IMG/VR virus record: IMGVR_UViG_3300030049_000007
Source of the DNA: a virus
Strand: one strand, 5' to 3'
Length of the DNA: 64,000 nt
Shown here one piece after another: positions 13,529-23,908 of this stretch. Below the pieces are notes generated by a model. The model was not told the origin of the DNA. It did not search any database and saw only the letters and a list, made by a program, of their open reading frames with translations. Position numbers and translations under genes: made by a program. Every line of letters begins with the position of its first letter. Positions within the stretch are counted from its first letter, which is position 1.

Positions 13529-13647
13529 ATTTGTTCCTTCTTATATTCGGATAATTTTTATAATATTTATTCATTCTATTATTCCATTTAGTAATAAGTC
13601 GCATCTTTTGATTCTTAGGAACAAATCCTAAGAATCTCCAAATTGAT

Positions 13648-13875
13648 TTACGTTCCCATGGAATTTGAGATTTTTTCATATCTTCTCCCAATACATTTAA
13701 TATGATTTTCTAAATTACCATATCCACTACATAAATTACATTCATTCCAATAATAAATATCATCTTCAAATGGATCTCCACCAGATCTAGGACGGGTATC
13801 GCGGCCACCAGTCCCATTACAATCTGGACATTTTAATGGTTTAAATGTATGATATTTTTCATATTCATATTTCAA
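13648..13875 (-). CDS. DnaJ-type CxxCxGxG zinc-finger protein
   Basis: CPDCNGTG and CNLCSGYG. Confidence 0.6.
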   Translation of the reverse strand: MKYEYEKYHTFKPLKCPDCNGTGGRDTRPRSGGDPFEDDIYYWNECNLCSGYGNLENHIKCIGRRYEKISNSMGT

Positions 13876-16238
13876 TTTAAAATCTTTCTATTAGTTTCAA
13901 CATTTTGAGATACATTAATAAATCGAACTGGCCAATTTTTAGTTTCTGGATGATGTGACTCATAAACATCAAGAGCTTCATCGAGTAGTAAATTTGTAAG
14001 TAGATCTATTACATTACAATATTCTAATGATGGTCTAAAAATATATTTGCCAATAGGATCATATCGCCATTGAATAGAAGTCTTAAAACCCTTACTTGGA
14101 ATTACTGTTAATTTGTTTCGTTGATATCTAATTTCCCAATGTGGTGGAAATTTCTTTTTATTAGATTTTGCTTTATGTGGATTAATATCTGGATCTATAG
14201 ATTTAATATCTGAAATTTTTGGTTCTTCACGCCATGATTGTTTAGACATTCTTATTCCAACTTTCCTGAATTACTAATGCTCTAGTTACAAAAAGTGGTG
14301 GTTCTGGAAATAAATAAGGTTCTGGACCACCACCATTATAAACTGTAATATACTTTACATTATTCCACCAATCTAAAATCTCTTTTACAAATTCATCACA
14401 GTTCCAATCTGATATCATTACAATTCCTTAATAAGTTTCTTAACAAGATTTTCATAATTACCATTAATATTATTATCTGCAAAACAATTATATACTTCTT
14501 CCTGCCATCCACTATTACCAAATGGACGTTTACCACTAAAACCTTCTTCCTCTTCCAGAAGAGTTAAAAGTAATTCTTTAAAATAGTTTCTGATTGTAAT
14601 TGTTTTATGCAAATCTTCTGATTTAAATTTAAGATCTAGGATTTCTTGGTTAGTCATTCTTCACTCCATTCTGATGTTGATGGAAATTCTTTTCCTGTAA
14701 GTCTATACCAATATTCTTTAAAATCTTTACTTGCTACAAAAACTGGATCAAAATGTAACTCTAAACCCTCAGCTAAATAACGAAATCTTGGCTGAGGAAT
14801 TCCTTCAATTTTCGGATATGTATATGGAATTTCTTTCATTTATTATGATTCATTAATCGAACACTCTTTACATTGATCCCACAATAAACCATAACCATTC
14901 ATATCATCATCTGTTTGTTTAATTAACTTACAACCACCAATCCAGTATTGACCTTCTGCTACCAATCCAGGGTGTTGGTCCCATACTGCATCTTCAGCTT
15001 TACCATCCTCTTTATTAATTGCCCCTGGAATTTCTATTGAATACCAAAATGGACAACATTTAATTTTATAAATTGGAGATCCATCTTCTTTATATTCTAC
15101 TTTACCAGTAGGTATATAACAATAAGGTGTATTTTTGGGAATGAGATTTCTAATATCTATTCCATTAAATTCTTGTTGATGTTCATGAATCATTTTCTTT
15201 ATATATTGAAGATGTTTTGTATATCTATAGATACGACGTTTTCTAAAATCTTTCTTATTAAAATGTGGCCAATCTCTTAAATCAGCTTTATTATATTTTT
15301 CTTCCATATCACGAACACGCATTATTTCACCGTCTTCATAGTTTTAATACAATATTCTAATTCTTTAATTCTCTCATTAGCTTTCTTTAACTTATCTGAA
15401 TATTCATCTTGCCAAAAATATACTAACCCCTTAACTTCATCTTCTGTTAATTCAAATTCAGAAGTTCCAATAATAATTAAACTATTTCTAATATCTCCAA
15501 ATCCTGATACAGTATTAGGAGTTAATATAAAATTACCATCTATATTTTTAGTTATTAGTTTTGCCATTTTTATCTCCTTGTTTTATTTCCATCGTTTCTT
15601 TATAGAATTCTAATTGTTTTTCTGCAACTTTTCTAGCTTCTATTACGGCTGGAAAGTCTTTAGTTTCTATATTCATCTATTATCAACTCCTGTTCACAAT
15701 CGCAAGTAAATTTATTTATTTCACTATTAGGACTTATAGTTCCAATATACTTAATACCACAACTTGGACATATATATTCAGTTTTATAACAGGTAATCTG
15801 ATATTCTTCAATTTTAAGTTTTACATGTTTTGGAGTTTTAGTGATCAAAACTAATCTCTTTTGGCAATTCAGGACCAAGATCAAATATAGGAATAAATTC
15901 ATCAAAGAAATGACCTTCTTCCCAATATTCAATATCTTCTAAAAAAGTATTTCCAAATTTATCTCGCCAATGAGTGAAGTGTTCGCCATTCCATCTTGCA
16001 ATATAAGCATTTCTACATTGACCTGAATAATAATAACCTTTAATTAATTGATTTTTTGGAATCATAATCTTTGGAAGAATAGATTTATTATTAATACTTT
16101 CTTTAAAATCTCTAATATCTTTTCTAATTGAATCTGCTTCAATTTTAGATAAATGATTTACTAAAATATCTACAACATCAATTTTGTTTAAGATGTTTTG
16201 AAAATCATCAATGAGACTCATTTATATCCTTATAGTTA

Positions 16239-16260
16239 AAAAAGAGCTTTCGCTCTTTTT
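16239..16260. terminator. Intrinsic terminator
   Basis: AAAAAGAGC-TTTC-GCTCTTTTT. Confidence 0.75.
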
Positions 16261-16266
16261 CTATTA

Positions 16267-16631
16267 TTAGCCCCAGTTAATACTAAAATCATAATGATTA
16301 TCTTCTACATTAAATCCTTCTTTTATAAAAAACCCTTTAACAGATTCTAATATATCATCTTCTATATTATCATAAGTTCTATCAAAAATATATTCAACAA
16401 TACAACTTCTTTTTGCTATATCTTTTATTTCAGAAGAAATTTCTTCAATAAGTTTTTGAGTTAGAATTCTTTTTTTTCTACTTGCTCTTTAACTTCTTTT
16501 TCTCTTTGAAGTTGAAGATTGATTTCTGATTGTCTTGTGAGTTCACGAACTTCTTCGATGAGTGAAACGTGAGGTTTCAATTCACATGCACTACAATCTA
16601 GAATACAATTGGCGCACTCAGGATTTTCCAT
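16267..16631 (-). pseudogene. Gene split by an A8 run (56-aa ORF 16631-16461 plus open -1 frame to 16267); not in ORF track
   Basis: Strong RBS and ATG at 16631; GAA AAA AAA GAA TTC TAA; the -1 frame continues 67 sense codons without an ATG to ..SINWG*, followed by a terminator. Confidence 0.6.
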
Positions 16632-16671
16632 TTCTTCTCCCTTTAGAGAAAGTTTGATAGAATAATTCCAT

Positions 16672-16706
16672 CATATATATTATAACAAAAAAGGAATGTG
16701 TTTTGC
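16672..16706 (-). promoter_or_regulatory. Early promoter motif copy 4
   Basis: ATGCAA-N18-TATAAT, followed by the hairpin GATGGAA-TTA-TTCTATC. Confidence 0.85.
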
Positions 16707-16713
16707 ATAGCTA

Positions 16714-16737
16714 AAAGAAGGGAATTAACCCTTCTTT
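16714..16737. terminator. Intrinsic terminator abutting promoter copy 4
   Basis: AAAGAAGGG-AATTAA-CCCTTCTTT. Confidence 0.7.
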
Positions 16738-17077
16738 ATATTTTAATCCTCAAAGTTATAAATGAGTGCATTAATTAAAACTTTAATTGGTGCTCCACAC
16801 ACCATATATCCATTTAAATACTCTTCTGCTTTTTGATTTTCGAATAATACTTCTACACCAATAACTTTTGTCCAATCTATTAAATAACGAAAAATCCAAC
16901 GCATATAACCATGAGAAGAATAACAACAATTATCTCTTTTAATTTTATAATGTGCTTTAAAAAATTGAGTAGTTGTTTTAGTTCTTGGATGAGCGTCCAT
17001 CCATTGACTTAAATAATTCATTCCTTTTTTGCAAGCATGATTGTTTCGTGCAAGTTCACGAAAATCAGTTAGAAGCA

Positions 17078-17527
17078 TTACGCTCTCCTAGTTTCTATTT
17101 TTTGGTTTTCACGAAGAATTATTTCGTCTTCTACCGTATCATCGAAAAGAATAAAATCGTGTCCAGGGTAGCTCTTGGTATAGTGGTAAAATAGTCCTTG
17201 CTTTCCAAGCAGATTCATGATTTCCCATTTTTGGAAAGCGTTGGATTTAAATGGAAGATAATCTAACATATCTTTAAAAGATGGAACAAATATGGATATT
17301 ATATTAATATCCACAGTTTGTTCAGTTAATCTAATTGCTTGTATCTTTTCTTCCTCATTATCAATTGCCGAGGAAAAAATTCCGAAAATAGGATGACGTT
17401 TATATTTAAGTGCTATTTGACTTTTGATAAATTTAATTTTCTTTGGTAATGGGATTGGATTACTCCAACTATCTATAATTGTGTTTTCTAAATCTAAGAG
17501 AATTACTAGTTTGTTTCCTAACATCAT
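17078..17527 (-). CDS. HAD-like hydrolase
   Basis: LLDLENTIID (motif I variant), IFSSA, ILFDD (motif IV). Confidence 0.55.
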   Translation of the reverse strand: MMLGNKLVILLDLENTIIDSWSNPIPLPKKIKFIKSQIALKYKRHPIFGIFSSAIDNEEEKIQAIRLTEQTVDINIISIFVPSFKDMLDYLPFKSNAFQKWEIMNLLGKQGLFYHYTKSYPGHDFILFDDTVEDEIILRENQKIETRRA

Positions 17528-17757
17528 TATCCCTTTGAAAGCTTCTTAATACTATATTCAGTAGCCTGAAGTCTCCACGCTAAGTAACGAATTATTTCAT
17601 CTGCATTCAAGTTCTCTTGAGGAAATATTCTATTATCTTCTACTGAATAATTATTATTTTCTAATTTAAAGATTGTAACTAATGTATCATCTCGTTTTTC
17701 AAATTCTGCGATTATTTTGGACATTACTCTCCTTATTTGAATAGAAAAAAGTTCTAT

Positions 17758-17792
17758 CATATATATTATAACAAAATACCTATCTCTATTTT
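17758..17792 (-). promoter_or_regulatory. Early promoter motif copy 5 (lacks GCAA)
   Basis: TTTTGTTATAATATATATGATAGAAC, nearly identical to copy 6 on the downstream side. Confidence 0.7.
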
Positions 17793-17811
17793 ATTTAGTA
17801 TGATAGTTGCC

Positions 17812-18432
17812 TTACTTAAGACGTTCCATTACTTCAGCAAACGAAATTTGTGAACGAATCCAAACACATTGTGCAATTTTGATTTGCTTTCGAGCAGCAG
17901 CATCAGCAGCGGCATCATCAGCAGCAGCATCAGCAGCGGCATCATCAGCAGCAGCAGCAGCATCAGTAGCAGCATAAGCAGCAGCAGCAGCATAAGCAGC
18001 AGCAGCAGCAGCAGCAGCAGCATAAGCAGCAGCAGCAGCAGCAGCAACAGCATAAGCAGCAACAGCATCAGCAGCAGCAGCATAAGCAGCATAAGCAGCA
18101 GCATCAGCAGCAGCATAAGCATTAGCAGCAGCATTTCTCACCGCTTGCATTTCTTCAATTGTAATTTTTCCTTCAATGTATTGTTCAGCAGTAATAATAC
18201 TATCCTTGCTGCGTTGATCAGTAAAAAGATTCCAATTTTGTCTTGCACAGAAGCAAGCATATTTTTTATAGAAATTTATATCAATATTGTTCAGTTTGCA
18301 AATCATCCAAATCATCCAATCAGAACGTTCGCAATTATTCCAGCATTGTTCAGTATTGGGAAATCTAACGGCCCAATCTTTGCTTTCATCGCAAGCATGA
18401 AGCCTGTTCAGAATTTCAAGATGTTCTTTCAT
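17812..18432 (-). CDS. Ala-rich repeat phage protein (Imm5-like helical domain plus AAYAAA repeats)
   Basis: LHAC...W...ERSDWMIW, ACFCAR...DQRS..SI..AE.Y..G.IT.EE, then a GCT-repeat poly-Ala tract; RBS GGAG. Confidence 0.65.
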   Translation of the reverse strand: MKEHLEILNRLHACDESKDWAVRFPNTEQCWNNCERSDWMIWMICKLNNIDINFYKKYACFCARQNWNLFTDQRSKDSIITAEQYIEGKITIEEMQAVRNAAANAYAAADAAAYAAYAAAADAVAAYAVAAAAAAAYAAAAAAAAAYAAAAAYAATDAAAAADDAAADAAADDAAADAAARKQIKIAQCVWIRSQISFAEVMERLK

Positions 18433-18472
18433 ATTGTTCTCCTTATGAGAAATTTGGATAGAAAAGTTCTAT

Positions 18473-18507
18473 CATATATATTATAACAAAATACTCATCT
18501 ATTTTGC
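18473..18507 (-). promoter_or_regulatory. Early promoter motif copy 6
   Basis: ACGCAA-N18-TATAAT, followed by the hairpin GATAGAA-CTT-TTCTATC. Confidence 0.85.
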
Positions 18508-19054
18508 GTACCTAAAAGTAATTAAATGCCATAATTTCCAATACCACGTATATAGAGAAATACAGAATGTTTGTTGGTCTATAATATGAACTATTATGTA
18601 ATCTTCTCTTTTACCATTCCTACTTTCTAAATAGATATATTCACCTTTTTTAAAGATGTGAGTTTGTGGTTTTGAGAGGTGGAAGATGGTTTTAGACATT
18701 TTTCTTAATATCATCTCTAATTTTAACCAATAATAAATAATCATCAATACGTTGTTCTTTCGTTATTTTTCCTTCTTTGTAAAGTCGTTTAATATTTTCA
18801 TATTCAGATTCAAAGTTAATGATTCCATTCTTATATTTTCTTCTTACATCGTCTTCGTGAAGATTTTTTATAACTAAATTCCTTTCTTTAACAATAACTT
18901 CTTTCATTTCATTTAAATTTTTACTAGCCATAATTCTCTGATTATCTGTAAGAAATCCTGCTTTATAATCATCATTAATTTTTTGTTGTGTTATATCAAA
19001 AAGATGGATTTTTTCATCATAAGATTTAGTTGTATTATTTTCTACTTCTTTCAT

Positions 19055-19850
19055 TGCTGTATTTCCTTAAGAAAGAAAATCCTTGACACTAGTTCGTAAC
19101 TCTGAGACACTTGAAAGGTCATCAAGTTTCTCCAAACTTCGGAGCACCCTTAATGCTACCACGTAACACCACAAATTTCAAACCTGAAAGCTCCCTGTTG
19201 GGAGCTTTTTCTTACCTGGCTGTAGGTTTTCTCGGGTTCCAGGGTGGATCAAATGGCCCTGTTTTCACGTCTTACGGGTTTTCCTGGTCGGGTTCTCTCG
19301 TAGATAGTAGATTGAGAGAGAATTTTTTCAGAAAAGATTTTCTTACTACTTTTAAATATTTCACCCTCACGTATAGCCTCTTAATTTTACGAATCATACG
19401 ATACTTTATCCCCCTCACCAGCCAAAAAACCCTTATTTTTCAGCGCTAAGTCAAACCACCCCATAACCAGGAACTACAAGAAAAGCGCTCGAAACACATA
19501 ACTAATGATAAAAATATATATAATATAATATAATATAATATATAATAATTATTTTTAAATTTTTATTTTATTTTTTTTATTTATATCTATAGAGCATTTT
19601 TTAACTCTTTTGCTTTTTCGCGATCAAGAACGAAAGTAAATCGATAATGATTTAAATCTAAAAAAAAAAAAAATATAACCCAAAGTTTAAAGAAAAAGCA
19701 AACTATGATAGCTCCGGGTGATAATTATTGTGCTATGTATACTAACAACCCCTGGATTGGCTTTTAAAGAAAAAGCCGCTAGGAGGATGAGGCTCTTTTT
19801 GGATGAGATTTTCAGGCGCCCCGCCAGTCATTTTCGGATATCAAAAAGGT
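19055..19850. other. Non-coding strand-switch region, candidate replication origin or genome terminus
   Basis: About 800 bp between divergent gene blocks; AT-only tract with TAATA repeats at about 19509-19586; A14 run; TTTAAAGAAAAAGC twice (19686, 19763); GC-richer flanks. Confidence 0.4.
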
Positions 19851-20168
19851 TATTTTATGCGTTGTTCACTTAGGAAAGCTAAAATAAATGTAGGACAGTT
19901 TCGTCTTTTATCATTAATAGCTAAAAAATATGATCTCTCTCCAGAAGATATTGTAAATTCATTAATAGAAGACTACAATAATATTCATGTTGAGTCACTT
20001 ATCAACAACGATTCCATATACAGAAAGTCTATTTCAGTAAAAGATCTATGTAAAACTCTAGAAACTGTTCCTGAAGTAGAATTTCTTGATATTAAATATA
20101 AAAATACTCAAGATTCTCGTAATCATCAAATACGATCAATAGATGAGGCTCTCGATGCGTTACTTTGA
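19803..20168 (+). CDS. Hypothetical protein, possible small DNA-binding protein (start probably ATG 19857)
   Basis: First gene of the plus-strand block; RBS-like AAAAGG precedes ATG 19857. Confidence 0.5.
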   Translation: MRFSGAPPVIFGYQKGYFMRCSLRKAKINVGQFRLLSLIAKKYDLSPEDIVNSLIEDYNNIHVESLINNDSIYRKSISVKDLCKTLETVPEVEFLDIKYKNTQDSRNHQIRSIDEALDALL

Positions 20169-21144
20169 ATGTCGTGTTATATATGTTGATACCGATAGAA
20201 ATATGTTAGATGCTATTAGTATTGATCAATTCAATTATTTTACCGATGTGGGTTATACAGATACGGGTCAGAAAAACTCAGGTGATTTATATCATCCAGA
20301 ACTGGGCGATACTATCGTAGTTAAACTTGACGATGAGGGTCAGGCTAAATTTGACAAGTTCTATGCATCAAGACGAGTTAATAATAATGGCCTTATCGAG
20401 CATATCGTGGGAAAAGCCACAATAGACGAATTACTGCCAGGTGATCGGATCGTGGCAGGACCTGACGGGGCTATACTCCGATTATTACGGGGCGGCTACG
20501 CGGCACTTGGGGCCTCTCCCCTCGCGCAAACAATCTATCTGGCGCTAGAGGGTATGGTTAGGACGGTAGCTCAAAACTATGAGGTTATTAGTTCTGGCAC
20601 TAGAATATACTCTGTAAATAATGCCGGCACTATTATAACGAGATTATGTTTTAATAGTTCAGAAAAATTTTTTACTCAAGGCGCAAATAAAAATGAAGGA
20701 ACTGAAGGTGAGAATTTTGAATTTCAGATAGATTTTAGTAGTGATGGTTTCACATTTTATGCAGGTGATATTGGAGATGATGGTAAAAGAAGTAATAATC
20801 TCATTATTAATATTAAACAATCTGGTGATTTAAGAATAATCAGTGGTAATAATATAGTAATTGATTTATATTCCAATGGTGGTTATTCATTTAAAATGGT
20901 TGATGATAGTAACAATATTGTATATAATAAAACCATAGCTACTTCTAGTGGAACAGCTTTAGTTAAAGAAATTATAAAAGGTGACTTAGTTCGATATATC
21001 GATGGTAATTTAATTGAAAATATTACTGGCAATAAGAATACAAATGCAAATATTCATACTATAAATGCTACGGTTATTGATCACAACTCTACATGTAATC
21101 GTAACTCTACCGGTATTAATATAGATGAAATTGGAACGAGTTAA
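20143..21144 (+). CDS. Putative baseplate spike (gpV/gp5-like OB-fold plus beta-helix)
   Basis: N-terminal ECRVIYVDTDR...YHPELGDTIVV; C-terminal IKGD..RYIDGN..ENITGN beta repeats. Confidence 0.5.
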   Translation: MRLSMRYFECRVIYVDTDRNMLDAISIDQFNYFTDVGYTDTGQKNSGDLYHPELGDTIVVKLDDEGQAKFDKFYASRRVNNNGLIEHIVGKATIDELLPGDRIVAGPDGAILRLLRGGYAALGASPLAQTIYLALEGMVRTVAQNYEVISSGTRIYSVNNAGTIITRLCFNSSEKFFTQGANKNEGTEGENFEFQIDFSSDGFTFYAGDIGDDGKRSNNLIINIKQSGDLRIISGNNIVIDLYSNGGYSFKMVDDSNNIVYNKTIATSSGTALVKEIIKGDLVRYIDGNLIENITGNKNTNANIHTINATVIDHNSTCNRNSTGINIDEIGTS

Positions 21145-21147
21145 AAT

Positions 21148-23352
21148 ATGTTACAAAAATATATAAATGACGATGCAATGTTTTTAATTGCTAGTGATAT
21201 ATCTTTTGATAAACAGAATAGTTATACTTATAAATGGTATGATGGATCTACGTTTATTGGATCTTCTTATCAGCAATTTTATACTTTTACTAGTTATGGT
21301 ATTCATAATATTAAACTTACCTATACAAATGTAGATAATGGACTTTTCACTACAATTACTCAACAAATTAATGTTATAGCTAAGTCTGGATCTGTTAAGA
21401 GTGGTGGAAATGTAAATACACTAACAATATCTCCTGAAAATCCAGAAGTGTATTTAGGCGATACTCAAAAATTTAATGCATATATAAATGGTTCTACAAC
21501 TCCCAGTAGTCTAGTGAGTTGGAATATAAATGATTCAGATTCAGGAACAACACAAACCGGTACTATAGATTCTGATGGATTATATACTACATATTATGAT
21601 GAAACATTAAATAGTGATTATGATGTTACTAATGGTAATAGTGCATATCTAGAACTTATTTCTACAGAATCTACAATAGATACAAGTAAATGTACAGTAA
21701 CAAATGTATCTAATTTACTAGGATATTTGGTAATTGAAGATAAATTTGATGCATTATTCTCAAAATACATTTATCATTTAACTAGTAATTTTAAAATTAA
21801 TATTTGGGATGGACAAATTAATGTAGATAATTTTTGGTGTAATGCTCCACAAGTAGAAGGAGCCACTTATACCGACTATGAATTACATTTACATGTCAAT
21901 TACTTATTTTTAAGTATTTATGAAAAGAGTACTACTAATCAAATAATAATTTACTATAAAAGTACAACTGCAAGTTCAGATGCTCCATGGCAAACTTTAA
22001 CATTACCAGATACTATAGTTGCTGGTATTTATAATAATATACAAATAGTTATTAATCATGGACAAAGTATAGAATCAGACACTTATCAACAGTTAACAGA
22101 TTTAGACTTTATTACTTTATTATGTGTAGATACTACTTTAACAAATGCAGTTTCTTATACAGCTAAATTATCTAATTTTACTTGGACAGCACTAGCCGCT
22201 ATATTTACAGCATCCACTCCAGGAACAGCTAGAATTCAAAATGAATCTACAATTACTTCCAAACCTTATTATTGGCATCATATTAGAATTTTAAATGCTT
22301 CATCAGTTCCATTATCTTGTTATGAGATGGATAAAGTTGCTTTTACATGGAGTTTAGATACAACGATATTCTTTCCATCAGATACTCTTTTAAACTATCC
22401 ATTTGGATTAATATACGTAGATCCATATTCAGGTGGTATGTTATGTATTTTTTGGGAATATTTATCATCAGCATTAGCATTGTATATACTTAAATATGAT
22501 ATATATATATATACAAATGTAACATATAATTATAGTATAAATACTTTATATGGTTATCAAATACGACAAGGAGAAGGTTCTCCATCAATAGTATCATCTA
22601 CCAATGTTACTCAAGGTTCTATGTGGATTTCTAATGGATCAAATAATTATAATAACGATATTTTAGGATTTTTAAATACAGGAAATATATATGGAGATAA
22701 TCCAATAACGTATGGATATGAAGATATTCCAGTATCATATGGACTTCATTTAGGTTACATATTTTTACAAATGACTTACGATGTAGATTATACAGTTACT
22801 AATATAGGAGATAATATAACACTTACGTTTTCATTAGTTGATTGTGGTAATGGAATATCTGGTGTAGCTACTGGATTTAATCCTGATTATTTACAAAATT
22901 TGAATTTTACTTTAACTTCAAGTCAATTTCAATATATAACTAATGATACTACTACAGTTACTTTACAGAGAATAGATAATTCAGGAGATAATGAAGATTT
23001 TAATTTAGAAGTAGCTGGAACGATATATTGTCCAATTTTAGATAATTATAATTGTTCATATCCAAATTTTGATATAAATATTCGATCGAATCAATTAAAT
23101 CAAACAGGGAATGTTCTTTCTCAGGCAATTTGGGATGGTTCAACTAATTTTGACTATGATAGTTTTGAACATTATACTTATTTTAAATATTCTTATTACG
23201 AAAACATGATGACTAGCATGTTTCCTTATGTAACAAATGTAAGATCACTTCCAGAAAATTATTATACAACAAATAATTATGCTTCTAGTAAAAGATATAG
23301 TAAGAAATTATATGATGAATATATAGTAGATTATGTAGCTTTGGAGAGTTAA
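21148..23352 (+). CDS. Virion structural protein with PKD/Ig-like N-terminal domains
   Basis: YTYKWYDG...YTFTSYGIHNIKLT (PKD-like); LTISPEN..VYLGDTQKFNA...GTIDSDGLYT (Big-2-like). Confidence 0.6.
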   Translation: MLQKYINDDAMFLIASDISFDKQNSYTYKWYDGSTFIGSSYQQFYTFTSYGIHNIKLTYTNVDNGLFTTITQQINVIAKSGSVKSGGNVNTLTISPENPEVYLGDTQKFNAYINGSTTPSSLVSWNINDSDSGTTQTGTIDSDGLYTTYYDETLNSDYDVTNGNSAYLELISTESTIDTSKCTVTNVSNLLGYLVIEDKFDALFSKYIYHLTSNFKINIWDGQINVDNFWCNAPQVEGATYTDYELHLHVNYLFLSIYEKSTTNQIIIYYKSTTASSDAPWQTLTLPDTIVAGIYNNIQIVINHGQSIESDTYQQLTDLDFITLLCVDTTLTNAVSYTAKLSNFTWTALAAIFTASTPGTARIQNESTITSKPYYWHHIRILNASSVPLSCYEMDKVAFTWSLDTTIFFPSDTLLNYPFGLIYVDPYSGGMLCIFWEYLSSALALYILKYDIYIYTNVTYNYSINTLYGYQIRQGEGSPSIVSSTNVTQGSMWISNGSNNYNNDILGFLNTGNIYGDNPITYGYEDIPVSYGLHLGYIFLQMTYDVDYTVTNIGDNITLTFSLVDCGNGISGVATGFNPDYLQNLNFTLTSSQFQYITNDTTTVTLQRIDNSGDNEDFNLEVAGTIYCPILDNYNCSYPNFDINIRSNQLNQTGNVLSQAIWDGSTNFDYDSFEHYTYFKYSYYENMMTSMFPYVTNVRSLPENYYTTNNYASSKRYSKKLYDEYIVDYVALES

Positions 23353-23353
23353 G

Positions 23354-23908
23354 ATGTTATCTTCTGATTTGCAACATGGTGATGTCTTAGCATATGTACA
23401 TCGTAAAAATGCTGGACTATTAGTAGATACCATTCATTTAATAGAAGGTAGTGATTATACACATTCTTCTGTAGTTTTAGAAATTTATAATAATGAATTT
23501 ATTTTAGAACAACATTCACTTCGAATGCATTCTTATTTACCTTTATATTACGCATTGCCGGGTGAAGAGATATATTGTTTTAGACCTAGATTTACTCCGC
23601 CACCTGCAACTTTTGAGGAATTTAATAGAGATTCTTATGGTATTTTAGGTATTATAGATTCTCTATTAAATCATACTATTGGATTAATAATAAGAAAATG
23701 GCAATATAGACCATTATTAGTAAGATTATTTAATGATCCAAAGATTATATGCTCAGCTCTCGTAGCAAAGGTTTTAGATTTAGAGCATAATACTAAATGG
23801 TGTAAATATTATCAAGTAGTCGAACCAGATGATTTTGCAAATCATCCTGAAGATTTTGAACCATTAGGATTAGTAGAATGGGAAAATAATGAAAACGCAA
23901 GAAGATAA
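23354..23908 (+). CDS. Permuted papain-like NlpC/P60 (YiiX/YebB-type) amidase/peptidase
   Basis: GDVLAY, YTHSSV (His before Cys), IICSALVA, VEPDDF. Confidence 0.7.
   Translation: MLSSDLQHGDVLAYVHRKNAGLLVDTIHLIEGSDYTHSSVVLEIYNNEFILEQHSLRMHSYLPLYYALPGEEIYCFRPRFTPPPATFEEFNRDSYGILGIIDSLLNHTIGLIIRKWQYRPLLVRLFNDPKIICSALVAKVLDLEHNTKWCKYYQVVEPDDFANHPEDFEPLGLVEWENNENARR

Larger units (their letters stand above)
135..19054 (-). other. Early/accessory region: about 60 short, tightly packed co-oriented phage ORFs, mostly hypothetical (many Cys/Zn-finger peptides)
   Basis: ORF track shows dense 60-200 aa ORFs with overlapping start/stop codons and AGGAG-type RBSs, plus a repeated promoter motif on the same strand. 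Confidence 0.9.

Noticed and set aside
12497-17760. Shared N-terminus MIEL.. of ORFs 12497..12748 and 17527..17760 as a second peptide tag
   Set aside because: The ATG belongs to the promoter/5'-hairpin motif. Both genes have a downstream AGGAG plus ATG that is the likelier start.
17829-18486. Poly-Leu/Met (17829-18134, -) and poly-Ser (17869-18486, +) ORFs overlapping the Ala-repeat gene
   Set aside because: They are alternative frames of a (GCT)n repeat that lacks stops. Only the Ala frame has an RBS and a recognisable domain.
19111-19449. 112-aa plus-strand ORF in the switch region
   Set aside because: TTG start, atypical composition, and it crosses a terminator-like hairpin; probably non-coding.
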